Of a stretch of 64,000 nucleotides of DNA, positions 9,933 through 21,800 are shown in pieces (position 1 is the stretch's first letter; the number at the start of each line of letters is the position of its first letter). The notes beneath the pieces were generated by a model, which had not been told where the DNA came from, searched no databases, and was given only the letters and a program-made list of their open reading frames with translations. Source of the DNA: Blastocatellia bacterium. Its GTDB lineage: Bacteria > Acidobacteriota > Blastocatellia > UBA7656. Where the stretch lies: NCBI GenBank assembly GCA_963765495.1, contig CAVXWP010000010.1, positions 105,682 to 169,681 on the forward strand, in the 5' to 3' direction. Position numbers and translations under genes: made by a program.

Positions 9933-11333
9933 TTGGGATCGGAAGAGATCAAAGAAGAGACCAGAGAAAAAGAGCGTCAGGAGCTGGCTCGCCCGCCGGT
10001 CGTAAGGGGCAGCCATACATTCCTGTCGGTCACCGATAAGATCAGTTCTATAGTCCTTGCGCGCAAGACCTCGATAGGCTGGTTTATCGGTTTCGGCGTC
10101 TCTTTTCTCTGGCTTATGGTCCTGCTCTACACAATCGCGCGGCTGATCTTTGTAGGCATAGGCATCTGGGGCGTGAACATTCCCGTGGCCTGGGGGTTTG
10201 CCATCACGAACTTCGTCTGGTGGATAGGGATAGGCCACGCCGGTACTCTCATATCGGCCATCCTTCTCCTGCTGCATCAGGAATGGAGGACTTCGATAAA
10301 TCGCTTTGCGGAAGCGATGACGCTGTTCGCCGTCGCCTGCGCCGGTCTGTTCCCGCTGCTTCACCTGGGGCGGCCCTGGTTCTTTTACTGGCTGCTACCC
10401 TACCCGAACACGATGTGGCTATGGCCGCAGTTTCGCAGCCCGCTTGTCTGGGATGTCTTCGCCGTATTCACTTACGCTACCGTTTCGCTGATCTTCTGGT
10501 ATATAGGAATGATTCCCGACCTCGCGACCTTGCGCGACCGGGCCGAGAGGCGCTGGACATGGAGAGTCTACGGCTTTCTGTCGATGGGCTGGCGCGGGGC
10601 GTCGAATCACTGGCACAACTATGAAAAGGTCTATCTGTTGCTTGCGGGGCTTGCTACGCCGCTTGTAGTCTCCGTCCATACGGTTGTGAGCTTCGACTTT
10701 GCCGTAGCCGTTGTGCCGGGCTGGCACTCGACGATCTTCCCGCCGTACTTCGTAGCGGGCGCCATCTATTCCGGCTTCGCGATGGTGCTGACGCTTGCCA
10801 TACCTCTTCGCTTCACCTTCAAGCTCGAAGATTTCGTCACGCATCGCCATCTGGAAAACATGGCCAAGATACTGCTGGCTACGGGAATGATAGTTCTCTA
10901 TAGCTATCTCTCCGAATGGTTCTTTGCTTATTACAGCGGGAACATCTACGAGCGATACATCGAGATCAACAGAATGACGGGCGGGTATGCTGCGATGTAC
11001 TGGGTCTTGCTTCTCTGCAATCTGGGGACGCCGCAACTGCTCTGGTTCAAGCGCGCAAGGCAGAACGTGCTGTTGCTTTTTGCCGTCTCGATACTGATCA
11101 ACATAGGGATGTGGATCGAGCGATACATCATCGTGGTAACAAGCCTGCATCACGATTTCCTGCCGTCATCGTGGGGGCGATACGCCGGAACATTCTGGGA
11201 TTGGACGGCGCTGATCGGCTCTTTCGGGCTGTTTCTGTCGCTCTTCTTTCTCTTCATAAGATTCCTGCCGATGATCTCGATAGCCGAGATGCGCGAACTG
11301 CTGCCGCAGGCGAAGGTAAAGGAGGCGGAGTGA
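9933..11333 (+). CDS. actC: Alternative complex III NrfD/PsrC-type quinol-oxidising subunit (copy 1)
   Basis: FVWWIGIGHAGTLISAIL, WRTSINRFAEAMT, PQFRSPLVWDVFA. Confidence 0.95.
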   Translation: MGSEEIKEETREKERQELARPPVVRGSHTFLSVTDKISSIVLARKTSIGWFIGFGVSFLWLMVLLYTIARLIFVGIGIWGVNIPVAWGFAITNFVWWIGIGHAGTLISAILLLLHQEWRTSINRFAEAMTLFAVACAGLFPLLHLGRPWFFYWLLPYPNTMWLWPQFRSPLVWDVFAVFTYATVSLIFWYIGMIPDLATLRDRAERRWTWRVYGFLSMGWRGASNHWHNYEKVYLLLAGLATPLVVSVHTVVSFDFAVAVVPGWHSTIFPPYFVAGAIYSGFAMVLTLAIPLRFTFKLEDFVTHRHLENMAKILLATGMIVLYSYLSEWFFAYYSGNIYERYIEINRMTGGYAAMYWVLLLCNLGTPQLLWFKRARQNVLLLFAVSILINIGMWIERYIIVVTSLHHDFLPSSWGRYAGTFWDWTALIGSFGLFLSLFFLFIRFLPMISIAEMRELLPQAKVKEAE

Positions 11334-11408
11334 TGCGCTCGACTTTCAAGCAGGTCACAGGTCAAAGACAATTTGCAAGCCTGCTTGAATCACACATCAC
11401 GAATCAGA
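11330..11408. repeat. Heptamer inverted-repeat element between actC and actD (copy 1)
   Basis: gtgatgcg...ttcaagcagg...tttgcaagcctgcttgaatcacacatcacgaatca; core TTTGCAAGCCTGCTTG also occurs reverse-complemented near 25219. Confidence 0.65.
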
Positions 11409-11417
11409 GGTTGAGAT

Positions 11418-11957
11418 ATGAAGAAATGGTCTTCCGTTTACGGGATACTCGCAGAATTTGAAGATCCACAGACGCTGTTCGATGCAACAAAGCGGGCGCA
11501 TGAAGAGGGCTACAGACGGATGGAAGCTTATACGCCGTTTTCAATTGAAGAGGTGTCGAAGTTGATAAGAGGCAAGCGGTCGTGGATACCGCTTATAGTT
11601 CTGATAGGCGGCATCATAGGCGGGCTTGGCGGATTCCTGATGCAATATTACGCGGCAACGATCAGCTATCCAATAAATATAGGAGGCCGCCCGCTCAATA
11701 GCTGGCCTTCGTTCATCCCCATCACGTTCGAATTGACCGTGCTTATCGGGTCGCTTTCGGGCGCGCTCGGGATGCTTGCTCTAAACGGATTGCCACAACC
11801 TTATCACCCGCTGTTCACCGTAGAACGTTTCTCGTGCGCGACGCAGGATCGTTTCTTTCTGTGCATACAGGCGGAAGACCCGAAGTTCGATCAGGTCGAA
11901 ACGCGTGAGTTTCTTGAGAGCCTGAACCCGCGCGAGGTCATTGATGTTATTGATTAG
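11418..11957 (+). CDS. actD: Alternative complex III subunit (DUF3341; copy 1)
   Basis: YGILAEFEDP, EAYTPF, GGRPLNSWPSFIPITFELTVL. Confidence 0.92.
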   Translation: MKKWSSVYGILAEFEDPQTLFDATKRAHEEGYRRMEAYTPFSIEEVSKLIRGKRSWIPLIVLIGGIIGGLGGFLMQYYAATISYPINIGGRPLNSWPSFIPITFELTVLIGSLSGALGMLALNGLPQPYHPLFTVERFSCATQDRFFLCIQAEDPKFDQVETREFLESLNPREVIDVID

Positions 11958-12564
11958 GAGAAAAAGAGTATCGCCTGTGATCCGCATCCTTTGCGCCGTC
12001 GTTAGTCTGGCGTTTCTATCGGCCTGCGCCCAACAGATGGGAGCGCAGCCGAGTTACCGCCCCCTTGAATCAAGCTCTCTTTTTGAAGACGGAAAGGTGG
12101 CGCGACATCCTCCACACGGAACCGTTCCGCGCGCGTATGCGAGAGAGAACCCCTTTCTTCGCTCAGGCGATGCGCGAAGGTTTCAAGAACCTGTCGAAAC
12201 GAAGACCTTTCCACTCGCCGTCACTATGGAGATGCTTGCGCGCGGGCGCGAACGATTCAACATCTATTGCTCGGTCTGCCACGGCGAGACGGGCTACGGC
12301 GACGGAATGATCGTGCAGAGAGGGTTCAGCCCGCCACCATCCTTGCACTCTGAAAGGTTGCGCTCGGCTCCACTCAAACATTTCTACGATGTGATCACAA
12401 ACGGATTTGGCAGCATGCCGAGCTACGCAGTGCAGATCAACAGGGATGACAGATGGGCTGTCATCGCTTATATCCGCGCGCTGCAACTGAGCCAGAATGC
12501 CGGGATTGATGATGTGCCTGAAGACAAAAGGCAACAGCTTGAAGAGGGAGGAGGTCAACGGTGA
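11941..12564 (+). CDS. actE: Alternative complex III monoheme cytochrome c lipoprotein (copy 1)
   Basis: Lipobox LSAC; CSVCH; DGMIVQRGF; GFGSMPSY. Start may lie slightly downstream. Confidence 0.92.
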   Translation: MMLLIRRKRVSPVIRILCAVVSLAFLSACAQQMGAQPSYRPLESSSLFEDGKVARHPPHGTVPRAYARENPFLRSGDARRFQEPVETKTFPLAVTMEMLARGRERFNIYCSVCHGETGYGDGMIVQRGFSPPPSLHSERLRSAPLKHFYDVITNGFGSMPSYAVQINRDDRWAVIAYIRALQLSQNAGIDDVPEDKRQQLEEGGGQR

Positions 12565-13739
12565 GCGAATATGCCGACAAGACGCCTCGCGACCTCGCCC
12601 GGTTTCAAATACCGTTGCTCGCGGTAGGCATATTCGGGTTGATACTCTGCCTCATCGGGGCGATCTTCAGCCCCGCGCAATTCTTCCGCTCTTATCTGCT
12701 CGGCTACATGTTCTGGGCGGGGCTTGCTCTTGGTTCTCTCGGCATCCTGATGATGCAACATCTGACGGGCGGTGCGTGGGGTCTCATCATCAGACGCGCT
12801 CTCGAATCCGCAACCACTACGATTCCGCTGATGGTGATCTTGTTTGTGCCGCTTCTTTTCGGACTGCGCAGTCTTTACATATGGACACAGCCCGAGGTCA
12901 TGGCATCTGACCCACTTCTCGAAAATAAGAGCGGGTATCTCAACATCCCTTTCTTTCTCGGACGGGCCGCCATCTATTTCGCGGTGTGGGTGGTCACGGC
13001 CTACCTGTTGAATCGCTGGTCGCTCGAACAGGACGAGACGGGCGAGCCGAGATTTGCGCTCTTGATGCAACGGCTGAGCGGGCCGGGGCTGTTCGTTCTT
13101 GCCGTGACCCTCTCGCTTGCCTTGATCGACTGGATAATGTCGCTTGAGCCTCGCTGGTATTCGACCATTTATGCCCTGATCTTTATCGCCGGAGAGGGGC
13201 TTGCGGCCTTCGCCTTTTCGATAGGCGTGGTGATTCTGCTCGCAGACCGTGAGCCGTTTGCGCGAGTTATCAAAGAGAAGCATTTGAACGATCTGGGCAA
13301 TCTGATGCTGGCTTTCGTGATGCTGTGGGCTTATTGCTCTTTCGCGCAGTTCCTCCTGATATGGACGGGCAACCTGCGCGAAGAAGTAGGCTGGTATCTG
13401 CCCCGCATAGGCGGCGGATGGAAATATGTGGCAGCGGCGCTGATCCTGTTTCACTTCTTTCTGCCCTTTTACATGCTGTTGTCGCGCAAGATAAAACGCG
13501 ATACGCGAAAGCTTGCGATAGTCGTAGTGGTGATAATCCTGATGCGATTCGTTGACCTTGTATGGCTTATCGAGCCCGCATTTTATCCGCAAAACCTCAG
13601 CCTGCACTGGATGGATTTTATAGCGACGATAGGAATCGGAGGCATCTGGCTTGCCGTCTTTCTGCGGCAACTGAATGGAAGACCCCTGTTGCCACTAAAC
13701 GATCCCTACGCGGAGAAGGCATTCGAAGATGAGCAGTGA
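12561..13739 (+). CDS. actF: Alternative complex III membrane subunit (copy 1)
   Basis: Multi-TM; IDWIMSLEPRWYSTI, HLNDLGNLMLAFVMLWAY. Confidence 0.92.
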   Translation: MSEYADKTPRDLARFQIPLLAVGIFGLILCLIGAIFSPAQFFRSYLLGYMFWAGLALGSLGILMMQHLTGGAWGLIIRRALESATTTIPLMVILFVPLLFGLRSLYIWTQPEVMASDPLLENKSGYLNIPFFLGRAAIYFAVWVVTAYLLNRWSLEQDETGEPRFALLMQRLSGPGLFVLAVTLSLALIDWIMSLEPRWYSTIYALIFIAGEGLAAFAFSIGVVILLADREPFARVIKEKHLNDLGNLMLAFVMLWAYCSFAQFLLIWTGNLREEVGWYLPRIGGGWKYVAAALILFHFFLPFYMLLSRKIKRDTRKLAIVVVVIILMRFVDLVWLIEPAFYPQNLSLHWMDFIATIGIGGIWLAVFLRQLNGRPLLPLNDPYAEKAFEDEQ

Positions 13740-14220
13740 TGAAAATCCAGATCGCGAGGAAAAACATTTGCCGGAAGAACATCCGTCAGAAGAAGTCCTC
13801 GCCGTAAAGCACCTTGATGTCCGGTACGAAAAGAGCGATGTCAACACTCAGGTCATCGTGCGCACAGCCGCAGGAGCTATCATAGCGGCGGTCATCATCA
13901 CCGTGGGAATCTGGGCACTCTATGAAACGTTCAGCAGGCACGAGAACCCTGCATACAATCCCCCGTTTTCAGAGCACAGAGGCGGGCCGTCACCGCTGCC
14001 CGTACCGCCCGCAGAGTTTCCCGAGCCCCGATTGCAGACCCGCCCCGTCGAAGACCTGCGGACTTTGCGCAGCCGTGACCGCCTCATACTCGACAACTAC
14101 GGCTGGGTGGATCGCAACGCAGGGACCGTGAGGATTCCCATAGAACAGGCGATGAAGATCGTGGCTGAAAAAGGGCTATCGGATACGCCTGAATCAAAAC
14201 CGGAGGTGAAGAAAAAATGA
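13729..14220 (+). CDS. Single-TM ACIII accessory protein (ActG-like)
   Basis: YEKSDVN-TM...PEPRLQ...YGWVDRNAGTVRIPIEQAM; same position and motifs as the paralog at 46034-46564. Confidence 0.7.
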   Translation: MSSDENPDREEKHLPEEHPSEEVLAVKHLDVRYEKSDVNTQVIVRTAAGAIIAAVIITVGIWALYETFSRHENPAYNPPFSEHRGGPSPLPVPPAEFPEPRLQTRPVEDLRTLRSRDRLILDNYGWVDRNAGTVRIPIEQAMKIVAEKGLSDTPESKPEVKKK

Positions 14221-15044
14221 AGAGATTCTGTCTGACAGCGGCTCTCGTTGTCTTAATCATTTTTGCCCGATCGGCACGTGCCGAAGATTCGTCTTCGCAG
14301 TCCGCCGTGCCGGGAGACATCCGCATCGAGCAACACTTGAACGAACAGGTTCCGCTCGATCTGGAGTTCGTTGACGAATCGGGGAACAGGGTCAGGCTTG
14401 GCCAGTACTTCAAGGGTCGCCCGGTCATACTGACGCTTGTCTATTATCAATGTCCTATGCTGTGCAATGTAGTCTTGACCGGGTTGACAAACAGCCTATC
14501 CGATCTTCGATTCGATATAGGGAAAGAGTTTGATGTCATTACGGTGAGTTTTGATTCACGCGAGACTCCGGCGATGGCGGCCGAAAAGAAAGCTACATTC
14601 GTGAGGCATTATGTGCGAGCGGGGGCACGCGAGGGCTGGCATTTTCTGACCGGCGAAGGGGCTTCTATAAAACGGCTCGCGGACGCAGTAGGGTTCAAGT
14701 ATCGATACGATTCGGCTACGGGTCAATTCGCGCACGCGGCAGGCATCATGATCCTGACTCCGCAGGGAAAGCTTTCCCGCTACTTTTACGGCATAGAGTA
14801 CCCGGCAAGAGACCTGCGCCTCGGGCTGGTCGAGGCCTCGGCGAACAAGATCGGATCGCCCGTAGACCAGTTATTGCTGCTCTGCTTTCACTACGATCCG
14901 ACGACGGGGAAATACACCGCGATTGCGGTGAACTCCATGCGGGCAGGCGGAGTGGTAACGCTCGCGGCTCTCGCGGCCTTTGTGCTTGTGATGCTGCGTA
15001 AAGATTGGAACCGGAAGCCAAAGAATCCTTTGAGAGTTGAATGA
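14217..15044 (+). CDS. SCO family copper chaperone (copy 1)
   Basis: YYQCPMLC (CxxxC) and QFAHAAG His; C-terminal TM. Confidence 0.92.
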   Translation: MKRFCLTAALVVLIIFARSARAEDSSSQSAVPGDIRIEQHLNEQVPLDLEFVDESGNRVRLGQYFKGRPVILTLVYYQCPMLCNVVLTGLTNSLSDLRFDIGKEFDVITVSFDSRETPAMAAEKKATFVRHYVRAGAREGWHFLTGEGASIKRLADAVGFKYRYDSATGQFAHAAGIMILTPQGKLSRYFYGIEYPARDLRLGLVEASANKIGSPVDQLLLLCFHYDPTTGKYTAIAVNSMRAGGVVTLAALAAFVLVMLRKDWNRKPKNPLRVE

Positions 15045-15087
15045 TGCTGGCAAAAGGGGACCGGCTCGAAGGGGTCAATTTGTAATT

Positions 15088-16110
15088 ATGTTGTTGCTCA
15101 TCCCATTCTTTCCCGATGAGGCTTCCAGGGCGGCGGGGAATATCGACGCCCTGTTCTTCTTCCTGCTTGCGGTCTGCGGCACGGTGGCAATCGGGGTCAT
15201 TCTTCTCATAATCTACTTCTGCATCAAATATCGCCGTCGCTCCGAAGATCAGCAGGCCCGCCAGATTCGCGGCAACAACCTTCTCGAAATCGTCTGGACG
15301 GTGATCCCTTTCCTCATCTTCACAGGGATATTCTTCTGGGGCGCGAAGCTCTATTTCGCGCTCGAACGCCCGCCCGCCAATGCACAGGAAGTCTACGTGA
15401 TAGGCAAACAGTGGATGTGGAAATTCGAGCACCCCGGCGGCCAGCGGGAGATCAACCAACTTCACGTGCCTCTTGGTCGCCCCATCAAATTAATGATGGT
15501 GTCGCAGGATGTCATCCACAGTTTCTTCGTACCCGACTTTCGGCTCCACAAAGACCTGCTGCCGGGCCGGTACACAATCACGTGGTTCGAGGCGACAAAG
15601 ACCGGCAGATACAACCTCTTCTGCTCTCAGTATTGCGGCACAAACCATTCACAGATGGTGGGCGAAGTGATAGTGATGGAGCCGGGCGATTTTAAGAAAT
15701 GGCTGAATGAAGGGCCGGACGGATCGCTCGCCTCCGAGGGGCAAAAACTCTTTCGCAAGCTCGCCTGTGATACCTGTCACAGAGGCGATTCCGAATCTCG
15801 CGGCCCCGTGCTCGAAGGCCTCTTTGGCAGACAGGTCATAGTCCAAAATCAGGGAATGGTTCTCGCAGACGAGAATTACATACGCGAATCTATACTCGAC
15901 CCGACCGCGAAAGTTGTGGCCGGGTTTCAGCCGATAATGCCCACGTTTAAGAATCAGGTTGATGAAGAACAACTATCTCTTCTGGTCGCCTACATCAAAT
16001 CGCTTGCGAGCGGACGCGAGCAGATCCCGCCCGTCTCTTCACCCACGGGGCCGCAGCCCGCCCCCGTAGGTCCAGTCGTGAACCCGGAAGAAGGCAAGGA
16101 GCAACGATAA
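15088..16110 (+). CDS. ctaC: caa3-type cytochrome c oxidase subunit II with fused cytochrome c (copy 1)
   Basis: DVIHSF, CuA motif [13 protein letters not shown]-terminal CDTCH heme motif; likely ATG at 15088. Confidence 0.95.
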   Translation: MLLLIPFFPDEASRAAGNIDALFFFLLAVCGTVAIGVILLIIYFCIKYRRRSEDQQARQIRGNNLLEIVWTVIPFLIFTGIFFWGAKLYFALERPPANAQEVYVIGKQWMWKFEHPGGQREINQLHVPLGRPIKLMMVSQDVIHSFFVPDFRLHKDLLPGRYTITWFEATKTGRYNLFCSQYCGTNHSQMVGEVIVMEPGDFKKWLNEGPDGSLASEGQKLFRKLACDTCHRGDSESRGPVLEGLFGRQVIVQNQGMVLADENYIRESILDPTAKVVAGFQPIMPTFKNQVDEEQLSLLVAYIKSLASGREQIPPVSSPTGPQPAPVGPVVNPEEGKEQR

Positions 16111-16121
16111 GGGAAAAGATA

Positions 16122-17762
16122 ATGAGCACGGCAGTCGTCGAAAAAACCAGAAAGCATTATCTGAATGAAAGCTACGGCATAAGGTCGTGGCTCTTTACAA
16201 CGGACCACAAGCGAATAGCTCTGCTCTACATGGTGTCGCTTACGCTGATGTTTTTCGTAGGAGGAGTCTTTGCGGTCCTTATGCGGTTGGAGTTGATGAC
16301 GCCCGAAGGCGATCTGGTCACATCCGGCACATACAATAAATTCTTCACCCTTCACGGTGTGATAATGGTCTGGTTTTTTCTGATTCCTTCGATACCGGCG
16401 GTGCTCGGAAATTTCCTCGTGCCGCTCATGATCGGAGCCAAAGACCTGGCCTTTCCGCGCATCAACCTGTTGAGCTGGTACATATACATTCTGGGAGCCG
16501 TCTTTACCTTCTGGGTAGTCCTGAGCGGTGGCATCGACACGGGATGGACCTTCTACACGCCCTTCAGCACCACATCATCAAACACGCACGTAGTCTCGAC
16601 CACGCTCGGCATATTCATAGTAGGGTTCTCATCCATACTGACGGGGCTGAATTTCATAGTGACAATCCACCGCATGCGCGCCCCGGGGCTCACGTGGTTT
16701 CGCCTGCCGCTCTTTGTCTGGTCGATCTACGCGACAAGCATCATTTTGGTGCTTGCGACCCCCGTGCTCGGCGTCACGCTCTTGCTTGTGATGGTCGAGC
16801 GAATCTTTCACGTAGGCATATTCGATCCGGCGCTGGGAGGCGATTCGCTGCTTTATCAACACTTCTTCTGGTTCTATTCCCACCCGGCCGTATACATCAT
16901 GATACTGCCGGGGATGGGCGTTGTGAGCGAGCTTATAACCTGTTTTTCGAGGAAGCGAATCTTCGGATACAAGTTCATAGCCTTTGCGACTCTGGGGATA
17001 GCCTTTCTTGGATTTCTGGTCTGGGGCCATCACATGTTCGTAGCAGGCATGTCCGTATATGCCGCGATGACCTTCTCTTTTCTGAGCTATCTGGTGGCGG
17101 TCCCTTCCGCAATCAAAGTCTTCAACTGGACCGCTACGCTCTACAAGGGCTCGATCTCTTTTCAAACTCCGATGCTTTACGCGCTCGGCTTTATAGGGCT
17201 GTTCACTATAGGCGGGCTCACGGGATTATTTCTGGCGGCGCTCGGGCTCGACGTGCACGTGCACGACACCTACTTCATCATCGCGCATTTCCACTACATC
17301 ATGGTAGGCGGGATGGTGATGGCATATTTTGGCGGCCTGCATTACTGGTGGCCGAAGATAAGCGGCAAGCTCTACCCTGAATGGTGGGCAAAGCTTGCTG
17401 CTCTGATTGTCTTCGTAGGTTTCAATCTGACCTTCTTCCCGCAATTCATTCTGGGTTATCTGGGGATGCCCCGGCGTTATCACATATATCCACCCGAATT
17501 TCAGACGCTCAATGTGATGTCGTCGGCGGGCGCTTCGATTCTTGGGCTGGGTTATCTGTTGCCGCTCGTTTATCTCTTCTGGTCCATGAGGTACGGGCGC
17601 GACGCGGGGCCTAACCCGTGGGGAGCTACGGGGCTTGAATGGCAGACGCCGTCGCCGCCGCCGAAAGAGAATTTCGATGAGACGCCCGAAGTGACCGAGC
17701 CGCCTTACAACTATCCCGCTCAGCCATACAAGACCGGAATAGAGGAGGCCGAAGTTGCCTGA
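16122..17762 (+). CDS. ctaD: Cytochrome c oxidase subunit I, A2 type (copy 1)
   Basis: [16 protein letters not shown] (YS motif = A2 type), [25 protein letters not shown]. Confidence 0.97.
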   Translation: MSTAVVEKTRKHYLNESYGIRSWLFTTDHKRIALLYMVSLTLMFFVGGVFAVLMRLELMTPEGDLVTSGTYNKFFTLHGVIMVWFFLIPSIPAVLGNFLVPLMIGAKDLAFPRINLLSWYIYILGAVFTFWVVLSGGIDTGWTFYTPFSTTSSNTHVVSTTLGIFIVGFSSILTGLNFIVTIHRMRAPGLTWFRLPLFVWSIYATSIILVLATPVLGVTLLLVMVERIFHVGIFDPALGGDSLLYQHFFWFYSHPAVYIMILPGMGVVSELITCFSRKRIFGYKFIAFATLGIAFLGFLVWGHHMFVAGMSVYAAMTFSFLSYLVAVPSAIKVFNWTATLYKGSISFQTPMLYALGFIGLFTIGGLTGLFLAALGLDVHVHDTYFIIAHFHYIMVGGMVMAYFGGLHYWWPKISGKLYPEWWAKLAALIVFVGFNLTFFPQFILGYLGMPRRYHIYPPEFQTLNVMSSAGASILGLGYLLPLVYLFWSMRYGRDAGPNPWGATGLEWQTPSPPPKENFDETPEVTEPPYNYPAQPYKTGIEEAEVA

Positions 17763-18399
17763 GACCACTCAATCGCTTGTAGTGCAGTTCCGCGACATGG
17801 AGCAACAGCGGGAAGCCTCTACCATTGGGATGTGGGTCTTCCTGATGACGGAGTTGTTGCTGTTCGGCGTGCTCTTTACCGCCTACGCCGTTTATCGCCA
17901 TCTCTACACGGCAGCATTCTTTGAGGGAAGCCATCACATGGAGGTAGGCGTAGGCACTCTCAACACGGCGATTCTGATTTCGAGCAGCTTCGCCGTTGCG
18001 ATGGCGGTCTATGGCTCCGAGGTAGGCGGGCGCAAACGAGTGCTTGTGGGATTGAGTCTGACGATATTGCTCGGCGCGGTCTTTCTCGCGCTCAAGTTCC
18101 TGGAATACTATCATCACTATGAAGACCATCTGGTTCCCGGGATAGATTTTCATTACGAAGGCGCGCTGGCCCCTTACGTTCAAATCTATTTCTTTCTCTA
18201 TTTCACGATGACCGGGCTGCACGCGCTCCATATGACGGTAGGTCTCGGGCTTGTGACATACATTCTGATTCAGGCAAAGAGGCGCGTCTATTCGCCCGTC
18301 TATTACACGCCGGTCGAGGTAGTCGGCCTCTACTGGCATTTCGTAGACATAGTCTGGATATTTCTTTATCCATTGCTCTACCTGATAGACCCGCGCTGA
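17755..18399 (+). CDS. ctaE: Cytochrome c oxidase subunit III (copy 1)
   Basis: [28 protein letters not shown]. Confidence 0.95.
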   Translation: MPETTQSLVVQFRDMEQQREASTIGMWVFLMTELLLFGVLFTAYAVYRHLYTAAFFEGSHHMEVGVGTLNTAILISSSFAVAMAVYGSEVGGRKRVLVGLSLTILLGAVFLALKFLEYYHHYEDHLVPGIDFHYEGALAPYVQIYFFLYFTMTGLHALHMTVGLGLVTYILIQAKRRVYSPVYYTPVEVVGLYWHFVDIVWIFLYPLLYLIDPR

Positions 18400-18418
18400 C
18401 GAAAGCGAGGCAGATCTT

Positions 18419-18700
18419 ATGGCGGAAAAAAAGATAGGGCAGAAAACATACGCTCTGGTTTATGTGGGGTTGCTCATTCTGACTCTGACCACGTGGGGAG
18501 TCGCTTATCTCAAAATGGGACCGTTCAATCTTCTGGCAGCCGTAGCCATAGCAATTGCTAAAGCGTCGGTTGTAGTGCTCTACTTTATGCACGTGCGACA
18601 CAGCATCCGCCTGACGCGCATCATTATCGGGGCGGGGCTGTTCTGGCTCGGAATACTCTTCTGGCTCACAATGAGCGATTACCTGACGCGCAGTCTGTAA
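18419..18700 (+). CDS. ctaF: Cytochrome c oxidase subunit IV (copy 1)
   Basis: Three TMs; AIAKASVVVLYFMHVR. Confidence 0.9.
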   Translation: MAEKKIGQKTYALVYVGLLILTLTTWGVAYLKMGPFNLLAAVAIAIAKASVVVLYFMHVRHSIRLTRIIIGAGLFWLGILFWLTMSDYLTRSL

Positions 18701-18798
18701 ACTGTCCCAATATTGAATCGGCATGTCCCTTATTTGTAGCTGATACCCTTGATTTCTAATCTTTACGGCCCGGCATAAGGATTGCCCCGAATATTTTT

Positions 18799-18871
18799 GA
18801 CAGGATTAACAGGATTTCAAAAGATTGAGAAAGAATCTTGTTGAATCTTTCAAAATCCTGTTAATTCTGTC
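18799..18871. repeat. 28-bp imperfect inverted repeat built from 9-mer units (ACAGGATTW)
   Basis: gacaggattaacaggatttcaaaagatt ... aatctttcaaaatcctgttaattctgtc between ctaF and the fdh gene. Confidence 0.75.
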
Positions 18872-18892
18872 TATCTAATCCTGGGGGATTCC

Positions 18893-21800
18893 ATGAAGAA
18901 GTTTTTCAAAAACAGAGGCAATAATCACACGTCCGTTCAAGGTAACGGCTCGAATCATCGCTCGATTGAGGATCAGCCTTTCAGTCCAAATTCGATAAGG
19001 AAGGGCTCGCGCATTCGAGGCGCGGTCGAAGTCGAAAGCATCTGCCCGTATTGCGCGGTCGGGTGCGCTCAGATGGTCTATGTCAAAGGCGGAAAGATAA
19101 TCGACATCGAAGGCAACTATGAAAGTCCGATCAACGAGGGCACGCTCTGCCCCAAAGGGGCGAGCACTTTTCAGCTTACGGTCAATCCGCATCGCATCAA
19201 AAAGGTGCTCTATCGCGCGCCTTATTCGAGCAGGTGGGAAGAACGCCCGCTCGATTGGGCGATGGACCGCATAGCCCGGAAATTAAAAGAGACGAGAGAG
19301 GCCGATTTCATCGAGCGAAAACAAGAGAAGGTCTTGAATCACCTGACGACGGTCGCCTGCCTCGGCGGCGCGACTATGGACAACGAAGAGAATTATCTTA
19401 TCAAGAAGCTGTTTGGAGGCGGGCTGGGCGTAGTCTCTATCGAGAATCAGGCGCGTATATGACACAGCGCCTCGGTGCCCGGTCTGGGCATCTCATTCGG
19501 TCGCGGCGCGGCCACCACTTTTCAGCAGGACCTCGCAAACAGCGATTGCGTAATGATAATGGGCTCGAATATGGCGGAGGCGCATCCGGTAGGCTTTCGC
19601 TGGCCGATGAAGGCGCGCGAGCGCGGAGGCAAGCTCATACACGTCGATCCGCGATTTACCCGCACCTCCGCGATGTGCGATGTGCACGTCCCGATTCGAG
19701 CAGGAACCGACATCGCCTTCCTCGGTGGCCTCATAAACTACATCCTCGAAAATGATCTGTGGTTTAAGGAATACGTATTGGCTTACACCAACGCCACGAC
19801 GCTCATCAACCGAGATTACGCCGATGCAGACGACCTCGGCGGCCTCTTCAATGGATACGAACCTGAAAAGAAACATTACGAGCCCGAGTCAACCGACTGG
19901 AATTATCAGGGCGAGCCCGACGATGCGCCACCTACTCGTACGCCGCCTGAGATAAAGAGCGAATCCTTGAGCGAGCGACTTGGCTTTATTCAGAACCCGC
20001 AACCGCCGAGCGACCCGACCCTCAAAGACCCGCACTGCGTCCTGAATATTTTGAAACGCCACTATTCCCGCTATACGCCTGAGATGGTCGCCTCCATTTG
20101 CGGCTGCAAGAAGGAAGACCTCATCCGAGTAGCCGAAACGCTATCGAAAAACTCTGGCCGCGACCGCACGAGCGCGATAGTCTACGCCGTAGGCTGGACC
20201 CAGCACACAACGGGCGTGCAGATGATACGCGCTGCCGGGATACTTCAGCTTCTGCTCGGCAATATGGGGCGGCCCGGCGGCGGCATAATGGCCATGCGAG
20301 GGCACGCAAGCATACAGGGGTCTACAGACATTCCGACGCTCTACAATTTGCTGCCGGGCTATATGCCGCAGCCTGCGGCGATACGAAATCACAACACGCT
20401 GAAGGATTATCTTGAGGAAGAGAAAGTGCCAAACGGCTACTGGTCGAACTTTCCGAAATTCATGGTGAGCCTGCTCAAAGCGTGGTACGGCGAGGCGGCG
20501 ACAAAAGAGAATGACTGGGGTTTCGGATGGGTTCCGCGAATTGATGACAACTACTCACAACTGCCCACCTTTATCAAAATGGCCGAGGGCAAAGTCAAAG
20601 GGCTTTTCCTCTTTGGGCAGAACCCGGCCGGGGGTGCGCCAAACGCGGGGCTCAATCGCGCGGCGATGAGGAATCTCGACTGGCTCGTAGTGCGCGACTG
20701 GTTCGAAATCGAGAGCGCGTGTTACTGGTACAAAGGCCCCGAAGCGCCCGACCCGACTACGATCAAGACAGAGATTTTTTTCATGCCTGCCGCTGCCGCT
20801 GCCGAAAAAGACGGTTGCTTCACAAACACTCAACGGCTGATACAGTGGCACGACAAGGCCTTAGACCCGCCCGATGATTGTCGCTCGGACACCTGGTTTG
20901 TTTACGACCTTGGCAAGCGAATGAAGGCGCTTTACGAAGGCTCGACGGCGGACCGCGATCAGGGGCTTCTTAATCTGACGTGGGACTACGAGCGAGACAA
21001 AGAGGAAACGCTGCCCGACGGCAGCGCGAGCCGAATACCTGACGAGCCTGACGTTGAGAAGATTTTGAAAGAGATAAACGGCTACACGGTCGCAGACCGC
21101 AAGCAGGTGAGCGGGTTTTCGGACCTGAAAGACGACGGCAGCACAGCCTGCGGGTGCTGGATATACAGCGGGGTCTTTCCCGAAGAAGGGCGCAACCGCG
21201 CCCGCTCGCGCAAGCGCGACGCTGAAAATTACACTCACCCGGATTGGGGCTACGCCTGGCCGCATAACCGCCGGATACTCTACAACCGCGCATCGGCAGA
21301 CCCCGAAGGCAAGCCCTGGTCCGAGCGCAAGAAATACATCTGGTGGGACTCGGAAAAGCAGAAATGGACAGGCGTTGACGAACCCGATTTTCAACCCGAC
21401 AAGCCGCCTTCTTACAAACCCAAAAAGGATTCGAAGGGTATGGATGCCATCTCGGGCGATTCTCCTTTTATCATGAAACCGGATGGAAAGGGGTGGCTTT
21501 TCGCTCCGGCAGGCACAAAAGACGGGCCGCTTCCGACTCACTACGAGCCGATAGAATCACCCGTTCGAAACCTGCTTTACGACCAGCAGGACAACCCCGT
21601 CTCCGAGCGTTGTGATGTGCCCATGAACGTGAAGGCCAAAGCGATGGATGAGAACTATCCAATCGTAGCCACGACCCACCGATTGACCGAGCAGTATTTG
21701 AGCGGGCCGATGAGCCGTTTCAATAGCTGGCTGAACGAACTACAACCCGAGATGTTTATCGAGATAAGCCCCGAGCTTGCACGCGAGCGCCGGATAGAGC

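Noticed and set aside
12555-13670. Long antisense ORFs (371 aa here; also 49119-50639, 41574-42458 and others)
   Set aside because: They are shadow frames opposite well-supported membrane-protein genes and carry no motifs.
19460-19474. Apparent split or pseudogenised formate dehydrogenase
   Set aside because: The stop is an in-frame UGA at the catalytic Sec position followed by a correctly spaced SECIS, so this is one intact gene.
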